DNA from: Trueperaceae bacterium
Lineage (GTDB): Bacteria; Deinococcota; Deinococci; Deinococcales; Trueperaceae
Assembly (NCBI GenBank): GCA_034521815.1
Contig: JAXHLW010000013.1
Span: 1,120,001-1,184,000 of the forward strand
Direction: 5' to 3'
Length of the DNA: 64,000 nucleotides
Part shown: positions 22,030 through 29,782 of the stretch, in pieces
Layout: the number at the start of each line of letters is the position of its first letter
How positions within the stretch are numbered: position 1 is the first letter of the stretch
Notes under the pieces: model-generated
What the model saw: only the letters and a program-made list of their open reading frames with translations
The model's database searches: none
What the model was told of the DNA's origin: nothing
Position numbers and translations under genes: made by a program

Positions 22030-23505
22030 TCAGGACGCCCCGTCCGCCGAGCCGGACGTCGCCGCCGCGCGCTCTTCGCGCTCGCTGTACGCCAGAACCG
22101 CCTCGAGCACGTGCTCGACGGCACGGTCCACGGCGTCGTCCAGGTCGGTCACGTCCACCACCGGCGCCCCCGCGGCGTGCGCGCGACGGACCAGCCAGCC
22201 TTGCAACAGTCGGATCTCCTCGAAGTGCTCCAGGTAGCCCTCCTTCGGACGACGCGCGTTCGTGCGGCCCTCGCGCGTGGCGAACCGGCTGCGATGGACC
22301 TCCTCGTCCTCGACCGCCAGCATCAGCTCGACCACGATCGCGCCCTCCACGCGGGCCGGACTCACCCCCGGCACGACGTGGATCCCCTCGAGCAGCACCG
22401 ACGTTCCCTCCGTCACGCTCCGGTCCGCGATCGCCTCGAGCGCCGTGCCCAGCTGGAGGACTTGCGCCTGAAAGCCGCGGATCACGCGCTTGCGCTTCGG
22501 TTTCGCGCGCGCACGCTCGGCCGGGAGCAGCTCCGCCATCCAGGCCGTGTAGCTCGACGCGTGCAGGACGGGCGCCAGGTCGGGTCCGATCAGCGAGCGC
22601 AGCGCCTGCCGAACGGCGTCGCTGGACACCACGCGGACGACGCCCAGGCGGTACGCCAGCTCGGCCGCGAGCTCGGACTTGCCGACGCCCGCCGTCCCGC
22701 CCACCATCACGACGATCGGCTGTTCGGGCTGGCGCACCACCCGCATCAGGTCGTACCGGCGCGCGAACTCCTCGCCGGCCTCCTCCACCAACAGCCGGTG
22801 CACGGTCCGCCGCACGACCGACCGCGCCACGGTCCCGCCCCCCTGACGCCAGAGCGCCTCCTCGACACGCTTGGCGAGATGGTGGGCGAGGTCGGGCGCC
22901 AACCCGATCGAGGTGAGCGAACGTGCCAGGATCCCCCGAGAGTAGGGCGTTTCCAGGCCGTCGGGCTCGACGACCATCAGGTCCGAAGGACGCCCCAGCG
23001 TCGCTTCGTAGCGAATCCGCTTCTCCCGCCCGTAGCGAGCCTCGAGCGCCAAGGCCACGCGCTGCGGAAGCTCTCCCTCGCCGATGCGGTCGAGACCCTC
23101 CGCCCGGATCCCCTGCTCGACCTGCTGCGCCAGCGACCAGGCTTCCTTGAAGTCCAGGCCCAGCGTCTCGAGCGATCCGGCCAGCGTGCGCCGCGAGAAC
23201 GGCGCCGGCTCCCCGCTGAGGCGCTCCAGCACGATCGGAACGAACGGCGGCGTCTGCGTCGACCAGTGATTCGCGACCTCCTCGCCGATCGTCTCGCGAG
23301 CCCGATCGGCCACGAGCTCGCGCAGCTCCTCGAGGGGCACGATCGACCGTCCACCCTCGTGAAGCTCTCGCTCGACGTCGCGGGCCACGGCCAGCGCATC
23401 GTCGGTGAGCGCCCCCGCCGCTTGCAGGCCGTCGACGATCTGCCCCGGCGAGAAGCGGAGCTTCTTGCGGTCGACGGCGACCCTGAGGTCACGCCCCTTC
23501 ACCAT
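22030..23505 (-). CDS. ATP-cone-containing 2-phosphoglycerate kinase-like protein
   Basis: Three ATP-cone-like repeats (FSPGQIV, PFSRRTLAGSL, PYSRGILARSL) before P-loop GGTAGVGKS, SSDAVRQ, LHASSY, EGIHVVPG. Confidence 0.8.
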   Translation of the reverse strand: MVKGRDLRVAVDRKKLRFSPGQIVDGLQAAGALTDDALAVARDVERELHEGGRSIVPLEELRELVADRARETIGEEVANHWSTQTPPFVPIVLERLSGEPAPFSRRTLAGSLETLGLDFKEAWSLAQQVEQGIRAEGLDRIGEGELPQRVALALEARYGREKRIRYEATLGRPSDLMVVEPDGLETPYSRGILARSLTSIGLAPDLAHHLAKRVEEALWRQGGGTVARSVVRRTVHRLLVEEAGEEFARRYDLMRVVRQPEQPIVVMVGGTAGVGKSELAAELAYRLGVVRVVSSDAVRQALRSLIGPDLAPVLHASSYTAWMAELLPAERARAKPKRKRVIRGFQAQVLQLGTALEAIADRSVTEGTSVLLEGIHVVPGVSPARVEGAIVVELMLAVEDEEVHRSRFATREGRTNARRPKEGYLEHFEEIRLLQGWLVRRAHAAGAPVVDVTDLDDAVDRAVEHVLEAVLAYSEREERAAATSGSADGAS

Positions 23506-24092
23506 CGGCGATCCTCCTCGCCCGGCTCTCCGAGCATCTCGAGGAGCTCGCGCACCACGTTGCCGGTGAACCCCCAGATGTCACGCTCGCCCCACACGTA
23601 GCGGTGGAGCGTCCGGGGAGCTCCGCGGAAGGAGCGGACCTCCGTCGTCGGCGGCGTCGACCGCAGATCGCGGAGCGGGACCGTGAACGCCTCCTCGACC
23701 TCGCCGGGATCGATCCGCAACCTCCGTGGCGACGGCAGGACCGCGACGACGGGCGTCGCGACGTAGCCCGCCGGGGACGGCAGGTCGCTGAGCCTGCCCA
23801 CCAGCGCGTCCTCGGGCACCTCGAGCCCCACCTCTTCGAACGCCTCCCGTCGCGCCGCCTGTTCGGGACTCTCGTTCGCTTCCACGCCGCCACCCGGGAA
23901 CGAGATCTGGCCCGCATGATGCGGCAGCGCGCGGCTCCGCACGGTGAAGAGAAGCTCCGCGCCTCCGGCGCTCGTCAAGATCGGCACCAGCACGGCAGCT
24001 CGACGAAAGCCGACGAGCTGCGCCGTAAGCGCGTCCTCGCCCGGCCTCCGCCCGAGCCGCCAGCGAAGCCGGACGAGGCTCGCGTCGCTCAT
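23499..24092 (-). CDS. Nudix CoA pyrophosphatase
   Basis: AAVLVP, LLFTVRS..LPHHAGQISFPGG, Nudix box ARREAFEEVG, IWGFTG. Confidence 0.9.
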   Translation of the reverse strand: MSDASLVRLRWRLGRRPGEDALTAQLVGFRRAAVLVPILTSAGGAELLFTVRSRALPHHAGQISFPGGGVEANESPEQAARREAFEEVGLEVPEDALVGRLSDLPSPAGYVATPVVAVLPSPRRLRIDPGEVEEAFTVPLRDLRSTPPTTEVRSFRGAPRTLHRYVWGERDIWGFTGNVVRELLEMLGEPGEEDRRW

Positions 24093-24742
24093 GCAGGCTC
24101 CGCCCCGGACCCGCCCGGTGGCGTCGCTCGCGCACCGAGACGCGACGCCAACGCGTCGCGCAGCAGAAGCTCGGGCGACCGGCCTGCGCGTGCCGCCCGG
24201 ATCGCCAAGGCCAGCATGGCGTCCGCCAGGATCTCTGCGTCGTCGTCGCTGTCGTGTCCGTCGGAGAGGCGCTGCAGCGCCCCCTCCGGCTCCGACCAGC
24301 CGAGCGCCTCGGCCAGCGCCGCTGCCCGGGCCAGGGCGGGAAGGCCGCGAGGCACGCGGCCTGCAGGATCGCGCGTCTCGGTTCCGCGCTCGGACGCCTT
24401 GACGCGCGCCCAGGTGGCCTCGACCTCGGCCGCGTCCTCGGCCCGCTCGTCGCCGAACACGTGCGGATGACGGCGAACGAGCTTCTCGACCAGCGCCCGC
24501 TCGATGTCGGGGTACGCCCAGCGCCCGTCCTCTTCGGCGATCACGGCGTGGAAACCGACGTGAAGCAGCACGTCGCCGAGCTCCTCGACCATGTCGGCCT
24601 CGACGCCCCCGGCGAGCGCGTCCACCGCCTCGGCGGCCTCCTCGAGCAGGTGCGGCCGCAAGCTCTCGTGCGTCTGTTCCCGGTCCCACGGACAGCCGTC
24701 CGGCGCCCTGAGGGCCCGAAGCGTGGCGAGCAAGCGTTCCAT
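24089..24742 (-). CDS. mazG: MazG family nucleoside triphosphate pyrophosphohydrolase (one clear domain)
   Basis: LRAPDGCPWDREQTHESL, EEAAE, EELGDVLL, KLVRRHPHVFG. Confidence 0.88.
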   Translation of the reverse strand: MERLLATLRALRAPDGCPWDREQTHESLRPHLLEEAAEAVDALAGGVEADMVEELGDVLLHVGFHAVIAEEDGRWAYPDIERALVEKLVRRHPHVFGDERAEDAAEVEATWARVKASERGTETRDPAGRVPRGLPALARAAALAEALGWSEPEGALQRLSDGHDSDDDAEILADAMLALAIRAARAGRSPELLLRDALASRLGARATPPGGSGAEPA

Positions 24743-24789
24743 CGTGCGAGCGTACCAGGGGGCGCCGAGAAGCCGCGTCGACCTGCCCG

Positions 24790-25554
24790 CTACCGTGGAG
24801 GCCGCAGCAGCGCCCAGTGGCGCCCCGTCGAGCCGCGATCGCGACGGTGCGAGAAGAACCGACGCGCGTCCGAGGCCGTGCACCAGCCACCGTCCGCGAC
24901 GTGCCCCGGCCGGACGCCGCAACGGGCCAGAGCGACGCGCACCGCCGCGTCCACCGACAGCAGGAACCGGCCCGACGCGTCGGGATCGGGGCGAGCGACA
25001 CCGTCTGGAAATCCGGCGTCCATGAACGCCTCGACGACCTCGGGGCCCACCTGGTAGCGCGGTCCGGAGATGTGCGGTCCGATCGCGACGCGCATTCGAT
25101 CCGGCCGCGATCCGAAGCGCCCCGCGAGCGCCTCGACCCCGGCGTCGACGATCCCCGCCACGACGCCGCGCCAGCCGGCGTGAAGCGCGGCGACCGCACC
25201 GTGCGCAGGATCGACCAGCAGCACCGGAGCGCAATCCGCCACCGATATCGCCAACGTCCATGCCGGGTCGTCGGTCACGATCCCGTCCGCACGCACCTCG
25301 GGACCGGCCTCGTGAGCCTCGACCACCTCCGCGCCGTGCACCTGGTGAATCGTCGCCGTGCGTTCCGGGTCGGCACCGAACGCCTCCAGGACGAGGCGGC
25401 GATTCTCGTTCACGGCGTCCGGATCGTCGTCCACCGAGCGGCCCAGGTTCAGCTCCGCGTACGGTCCCTCGCTGACGCCACCACTCTTCGTGGTGAACGC
25501 GTGCGGCGCAGGGAACGAGTCGAGCCGGAGAAGCTCGATCGGCGCGCCCTCCAC
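24790..25554 (-). CDS. pgeF: Peptidoglycan editing factor / polyphenol oxidase family (YfiH/PgeF)
   Basis: FTTKSGGVS, LNLG, QVHGA, ADCAPVLL, HAGWRG, IGPHI, FFSHRR. Confidence 0.9.
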   Translation of the reverse strand: MEGAPIELLRLDSFPAPHAFTTKSGGVSEGPYAELNLGRSVDDDPDAVNENRRLVLEAFGADPERTATIHQVHGAEVVEAHEAGPEVRADGIVTDDPAWTLAISVADCAPVLLVDPAHGAVAALHAGWRGVVAGIVDAGVEALAGRFGSRPDRMRVAIGPHISGPRYQVGPEVVEAFMDAGFPDGVARPDPDASGRFLLSVDAAVRVALARCGVRPGHVADGGWCTASDARRFFSHRRDRGSTGRHWALLRPPR

Positions 25555-25556
25555 GC

Positions 25557-26633
25557 TCAGTAGTTCCGCGCGTCGACGGTCACCGACGCACTCGACTCGA
25601 GCCACTCGGTGACGGCGTGCACGGCGCCGCGGACGGCGGGCGTGATGATCGGATCCCCGAACGACTCGAGCCGCACGATCCAGGCGTCGCCCTCGCGACG
25701 CTGCACCACGACGAGCAGCTGCTGGACCAGGTCGGGCTCGTCCACGGTGGCACGCACCACCAGTCGGTCGCGTCCGCGATCGCCGCCCAGGCTGCGCATC
25801 GCCTCGTGAAGCACGACGTGGCCACCGGCGTAAGGAAGCACGATCTTGTCGAACGGGACCTCGGCGGGCGGGGCGCCGCGGAGAAGGGCGTGAGGCATGA
25901 TCGCTGGCCTTTCGATGGGAGGCGTGGACGGGGCGGCGACGTCGTTCCGGACGAACACGAGGTAGTGCAGCGGCTTGCCCTGATCGCGCCACTTCACGGC
26001 GTACTTCGTCTCGAACACCGCCGCTGGCGGCTCACGGACCTCGAGATCGAACAAGCCGCTGCGGCGCGCCTCGTCGCAGCTGAACGCCAGGTAGTCGGGG
26101 TGGTCGGTGGCCAGCCGGATCTCGCCACGCGGTCCGAGGCGCTCCGCGAGCAGCGTGAGGAACGGCACGCGAAGCAAGCGATTCTCGGCGTGACGTCCCT
26201 TGGGCCACGGGTCGGGGAAGTTGACCGTGACGGAGTCCAGCGACGCGGGGGCGAACAGCTGGCGTACCGCCATCTGGGCCCCTCCCTTGACCAGACGCAC
26301 GTTGCTCAGATCCTCCTTGCGGAGCTTGGACAGCGCACGGCGGACGCTGACGCCCGACACCTCGACACCGACGAAACGCGCCCCAGGATCGTCGATCGCG
26401 CGACGCACCGTGTAGCGACCGTCGCCGAAGCCGATCTCCAGGTGGAGAGGCCCCTCGGAGCCGAACCAGGCGTCCCAGGGCGCGGGGAACGGCGCGCGGC
26501 GCCACGGAACGAGCCGCCGGACGCCCGCATCGCCGTCCACCGGCACGGCCAGACCGTCCGGCCCGGACGGACCTCGCGGCGCGGCCAGATCGTCCGATGC
26601 AACGAGGTGAGCCGTTCGGCTGTCCGGCGTCAT
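25557..26633 (-). CDS. trmB: tRNA (guanine-N7)-methyltransferase with C-terminal extension
   Basis: LEIGFGDG, VNFPDPWPKGRH..NRL, LATDHPDY, TKYAVKW. Confidence 0.9.
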   Translation of the reverse strand: MTPDSRTAHLVASDDLAAPRGPSGPDGLAVPVDGDAGVRRLVPWRRAPFPAPWDAWFGSEGPLHLEIGFGDGRYTVRRAIDDPGARFVGVEVSGVSVRRALSKLRKEDLSNVRLVKGGAQMAVRQLFAPASLDSVTVNFPDPWPKGRHAENRLLRVPFLTLLAERLGPRGEIRLATDHPDYLAFSCDEARRSGLFDLEVREPPAAVFETKYAVKWRDQGKPLHYLVFVRNDVAAPSTPPIERPAIMPHALLRGAPPAEVPFDKIVLPYAGGHVVLHEAMRSLGGDRGRDRLVVRATVDEPDLVQQLLVVVQRREGDAWIVRLESFGDPIITPAVRGAVHAVTEWLESSASVTVDARNY

Positions 26634-27448
26634 GCGCCGTCCTCCGCCGGGCGTACCAGCAGCGGCTCGTCGGCCATCAGCCCCGTACGCATCAACGTGG
26701 CGTGCCCCAGAAGGAGGAACGGGCCGGTGCCTTGGCCCGCGACGAGGCGGAACCGCTCGACGGTCCCGTTCTCGCGGCGTCCCAGCACCTCGTCCGGCCG
26801 CTCGCCAAGGGCTCGCGTCCAAGCCTCGACGATGCCGGCGTCCACCATGGCCGCACCGGGAGCCAACGTCACGCTGGCGGCACGCACCACCAGCCTCGCG
26901 GTCCTCGGGCGCCGTTTGCGAACCACGATCACGCTGCCGGCGACCAGCCGACCGGCGATCCGAGACACGTCCACGAACGGGCGGCCGACGAGCTCGGCGA
27001 TCCGCTGCAGGCTCCGTCGGCCGTCGATCCGAGCCAAGACGTCGCGCTCCGGACCCCCGAGATCGACCTGCTCGCCGTCGCCGTCGCCACTGCGTTCCGG
27101 CACCATGTCGGGCTCGTACGGGATCACGTCGTCGTCGGCGTCGCGGCGAGCCTCGTCCAGGCGCCGAACCGCCTCGAGCACGAGGTTCCTCGTTCCCAGG
27201 CTCACCGTCCGACGCGGCGCCGGCAATCCGGTCGAGAAGGCGAACGTTCCACGCTCGTCCGCGAACAACGCGTACACGGCCTCCTCGCCCTCCGCGCCAT
27301 CGAAGGCGGCGTGGGTCACGTCGCCCTTCTCGAAGTAGATCCGGGCGTCCCCGCGCGGATGCTCCACGACGAGCCGTCCGGTGCGCGAGGCGCCGGCCAG
27401 GAGCTGGAACAGATCGACGAGCGAGAACAGGCCAAGCGTGCCGGTCAT
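26630..27448 (-). CDS. DUF4388-domain protein
   Basis: MTGTLGLFSLVDLFQLL....RTGRL....IYFEKGDVTHA...GEEAVYAL....GTFAF...LVLEAVRRLDE. Confidence 0.8.
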   Translation of the reverse strand: MTGTLGLFSLVDLFQLLAGASRTGRLVVEHPRGDARIYFEKGDVTHAAFDGAEGEEAVYALFADERGTFAFSTGLPAPRRTVSLGTRNLVLEAVRRLDEARRDADDDVIPYEPDMVPERSGDGDGEQVDLGGPERDVLARIDGRRSLQRIAELVGRPFVDVSRIAGRLVAGSVIVVRKRRPRTARLVVRAASVTLAPGAAMVDAGIVEAWTRALGERPDEVLGRRENGTVERFRLVAGQGTGPFLLLGHATLMRTGLMADEPLLVRPAEDGA

Positions 27449-27659
27449 GACGGACTCCGAGCATACCCGAGGGTGTCGCCTGCCGACGTCAGCACGGCGC
27501 GTCGTCGAGCTCCGAGGTCCAGGCTCGGTACCGCTCCGCCGAACGGTACCGATCGGGATCGAGAGCAGCCTGCACGGCGACCAGGGCGACGTCCGCGCAG
27601 CTACGATACCGGCGCCAGGAGCGGCTTGGGCGGTGCTGGCCCTCTGCTATGCTCCTTCA

Positions 27660-28721
27660 GTGCCGATCCGCCTCGCACGCGCCCTGCTCGGAGAGACGAC
27701 CGGCCTGTTCCTGCTCGGCGTGGCAGGCGTGTCCCTGCTGCTCTCGATCGATCTGCTGAGCGTGCTGGCCCGGTTCCTGATCGAGCAGGAAGCCAGCCTC
27801 GCGACCGTGGGCCGGCTTCTGACCGCGAAGACGCCGTGGTTCTTGCACCTGGCCATGCCGGTCGCCGCGACGTTCGCCGTGCTGGTGACCGGTGGCCGCA
27901 TGGCGCGCGACTCGGAGCTCAAGGCGGCGCAGGCGGGCGGCATCGCGCCACGCTCGCTGATCGTGCCCCTGGTCGCCTGGGGGGTGCTGGTGAGCGGCCT
28001 CGGGGTCGTCGTGAACGGCGTGATCGAGCCTCGGTCCGAACGCGTCTACCAGCGCATCATCGACGACTTCCTGTACGGTCGGCCACCGGCCGCGTCGGAG
28101 CGCGACGTGTCGTACCTGGTGAACGACACGATCTTTCACGCGTCGCGCATCCGAGCCGATCGTGACGATCCCCGCCAGGCCGAGCTCGACGGGGTGATGG
28201 TCCGCTTGCCCGACGGCACGCTGCTGACCGCCCGCTCCGGACGGTGGCGGTCGCAGGAGGGCGTCTGGGACCTGGACGAGGGCTGGCGCCTGCCGCGGGA
28301 CGGCGACCCCGTGCCTCGGGGGCCCGAGACGCTGCCCTTCCCCCTCGAGGTCGATCCGAGCACCTCGCTGGCGCGCGGCGACACGCTGCCGCTGGGCGAG
28401 CTTCGCGAGCGGATCGCCGAGCGTCGCGCTGCCGGCACCGACGCGAGCGAGCTGCGCTTCGACCTTCACCGCCGTCTGGCCGACGCGACCAGCGCCGCGG
28501 TGTTCGTCCTCGTCGCGGCCGCGCTGGCGCTGCGCCTGCGCGGCCGGGCCGCCGGCGTCGCGTGGACGATCGTGCTGGTGGCGGGCTTCTGGGCGGCATG
28601 GACCTTGTCGGCCGGCCTGTTCGATCGCGGCGTGCTGGGGCCCGTCGTCGCGGCCTGGGCGACACCGGCCGCGGTCGCGACGACGGGCGTCGTGCTGGCG
28701 TTGCGGAGCGACGCGCCGTGA
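27660..28721 (+). CDS. LptF/LptG family permease
   Basis: TM-periplasmic-TM layout, RMARDSELKAAQAGG signature, LHRRLA. GTG start chosen. Confidence 0.85.
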   Translation: MPIRLARALLGETTGLFLLGVAGVSLLLSIDLLSVLARFLIEQEASLATVGRLLTAKTPWFLHLAMPVAATFAVLVTGGRMARDSELKAAQAGGIAPRSLIVPLVAWGVLVSGLGVVVNGVIEPRSERVYQRIIDDFLYGRPPAASERDVSYLVNDTIFHASRIRADRDDPRQAELDGVMVRLPDGTLLTARSGRWRSQEGVWDLDEGWRLPRDGDPVPRGPETLPFPLEVDPSTSLARGDTLPLGELRERIAERRAAGTDASELRFDLHRRLADATSAAVFVLVAAALALRLRGRAAGVAWTIVLVAGFWAAWTLSAGLFDRGVLGPVVAAWATPAAVATTGVVLALRSDAP

Positions 28722-29782
28722 AGCGGTTCGGACGGTCGTTGCTGGCCGAGATCGCGCCGCTCTACCTCGCGGGCCTGGCCGTGCTGCTCCTGCTCTTGCT
28801 GGTCAGCTTCCTCCTCGACGTCCTGGCCGACGCGCTGGCCCGCGGCGTGCCGGTCGGCCTGGTGGCCCGGTACCTGCTGTTCAAGGTGCCGGCGGCCGCC
28901 TCGTCCGGGCTCACCTTGGCGCTGCTGTTCGCCGCGCTGCTGGCCTTGGCGCGAATGGTGGGCGACCGTGAGCTGCGGGCCGCGCTGGCACTGGGTCTCT
29001 CCCCCGCCGCCCTGCTTCGGCCGTTGCTGGCCGCCGGTCTCGGGGTGGCCCTGATCGCGGCGGCGAACAACGAGATCGTCGTGCCGTGGGCGGAGGCACG
29101 GGCGCTCGAGGTGCAGAAGGAGATCCTGCTCGAGGCGCCCTCGACGTTGCTTCAGGAGGGAGCGTTCCTCACCGACGCCCGGGGCCGGAGCCTGTTCCTG
29201 GGCGAGCTCCGTCCCGGCGGGGAGGCTCGGGACGTCGTCATCCTGACGCCGGGCGGCTTGGCGGGCCCCCGCGAGGTGATCGAGGCCAGGCGCGGACGGC
29301 TGGACGAAGAGGCCGGCGTGTGGCGTCTCGAGGACCTCAGGATCCGCGTGCTGGACGGTCAGCGGCCGTCGCTCGACATGGTGGCGGAGACCGGGACGGT
29401 GCCGGTCCGCGACCTGGCCGCCGCGTCGACCAGCCGATCCGACCTGGTGACGCTGCCGTTGCCGGATCTGCTGGCCAGGCTCCGAGCCGAACGGAGCGAT
29501 CCCGCCGCCTGGACCGCGTTGCACCGCAAGATCGCAGAGCCCCTGGCCGCCGTCGCCTTCGCGGTCTTCGCCCTGGCCATCGGGCTCGCGGGCGTCCGGC
29601 GCGACGCGCCGATGGGGATGGTGTCGGTGCTCCTGCTGACGTTCCTCTACTACGCCACCTGGAGCGTCGCGAAGCTGCTGGGCGCCCAGGGCGCGATCCC
29701 GGCGTGGACCGCCGGATGGGCGCCGGTCGCCCTCTACCTCGCCGCCGGGACGGGGCTCCTGACGCTCGCGTGGCGGCGATGA
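28718..29782 (+). CDS. LptF/LptG family permease
   Basis: RMVGDRELRAALALGLS, LHRKIAEPLA, AGWAP; start overlaps the upstream stop (GTGA). Confidence 0.85.
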   Translation: MKRFGRSLLAEIAPLYLAGLAVLLLLLLVSFLLDVLADALARGVPVGLVARYLLFKVPAAASSGLTLALLFAALLALARMVGDRELRAALALGLSPAALLRPLLAAGLGVALIAAANNEIVVPWAEARALEVQKEILLEAPSTLLQEGAFLTDARGRSLFLGELRPGGEARDVVILTPGGLAGPREVIEARRGRLDEEAGVWRLEDLRIRVLDGQRPSLDMVAETGTVPVRDLAAASTSRSDLVTLPLPDLLARLRAERSDPAAWTALHRKIAEPLAAVAFAVFALAIGLAGVRRDAPMGMVSVLLLTFLYYATWSVAKLLGAQGAIPAWTAGWAPVALYLAAGTGLLTLAWRR

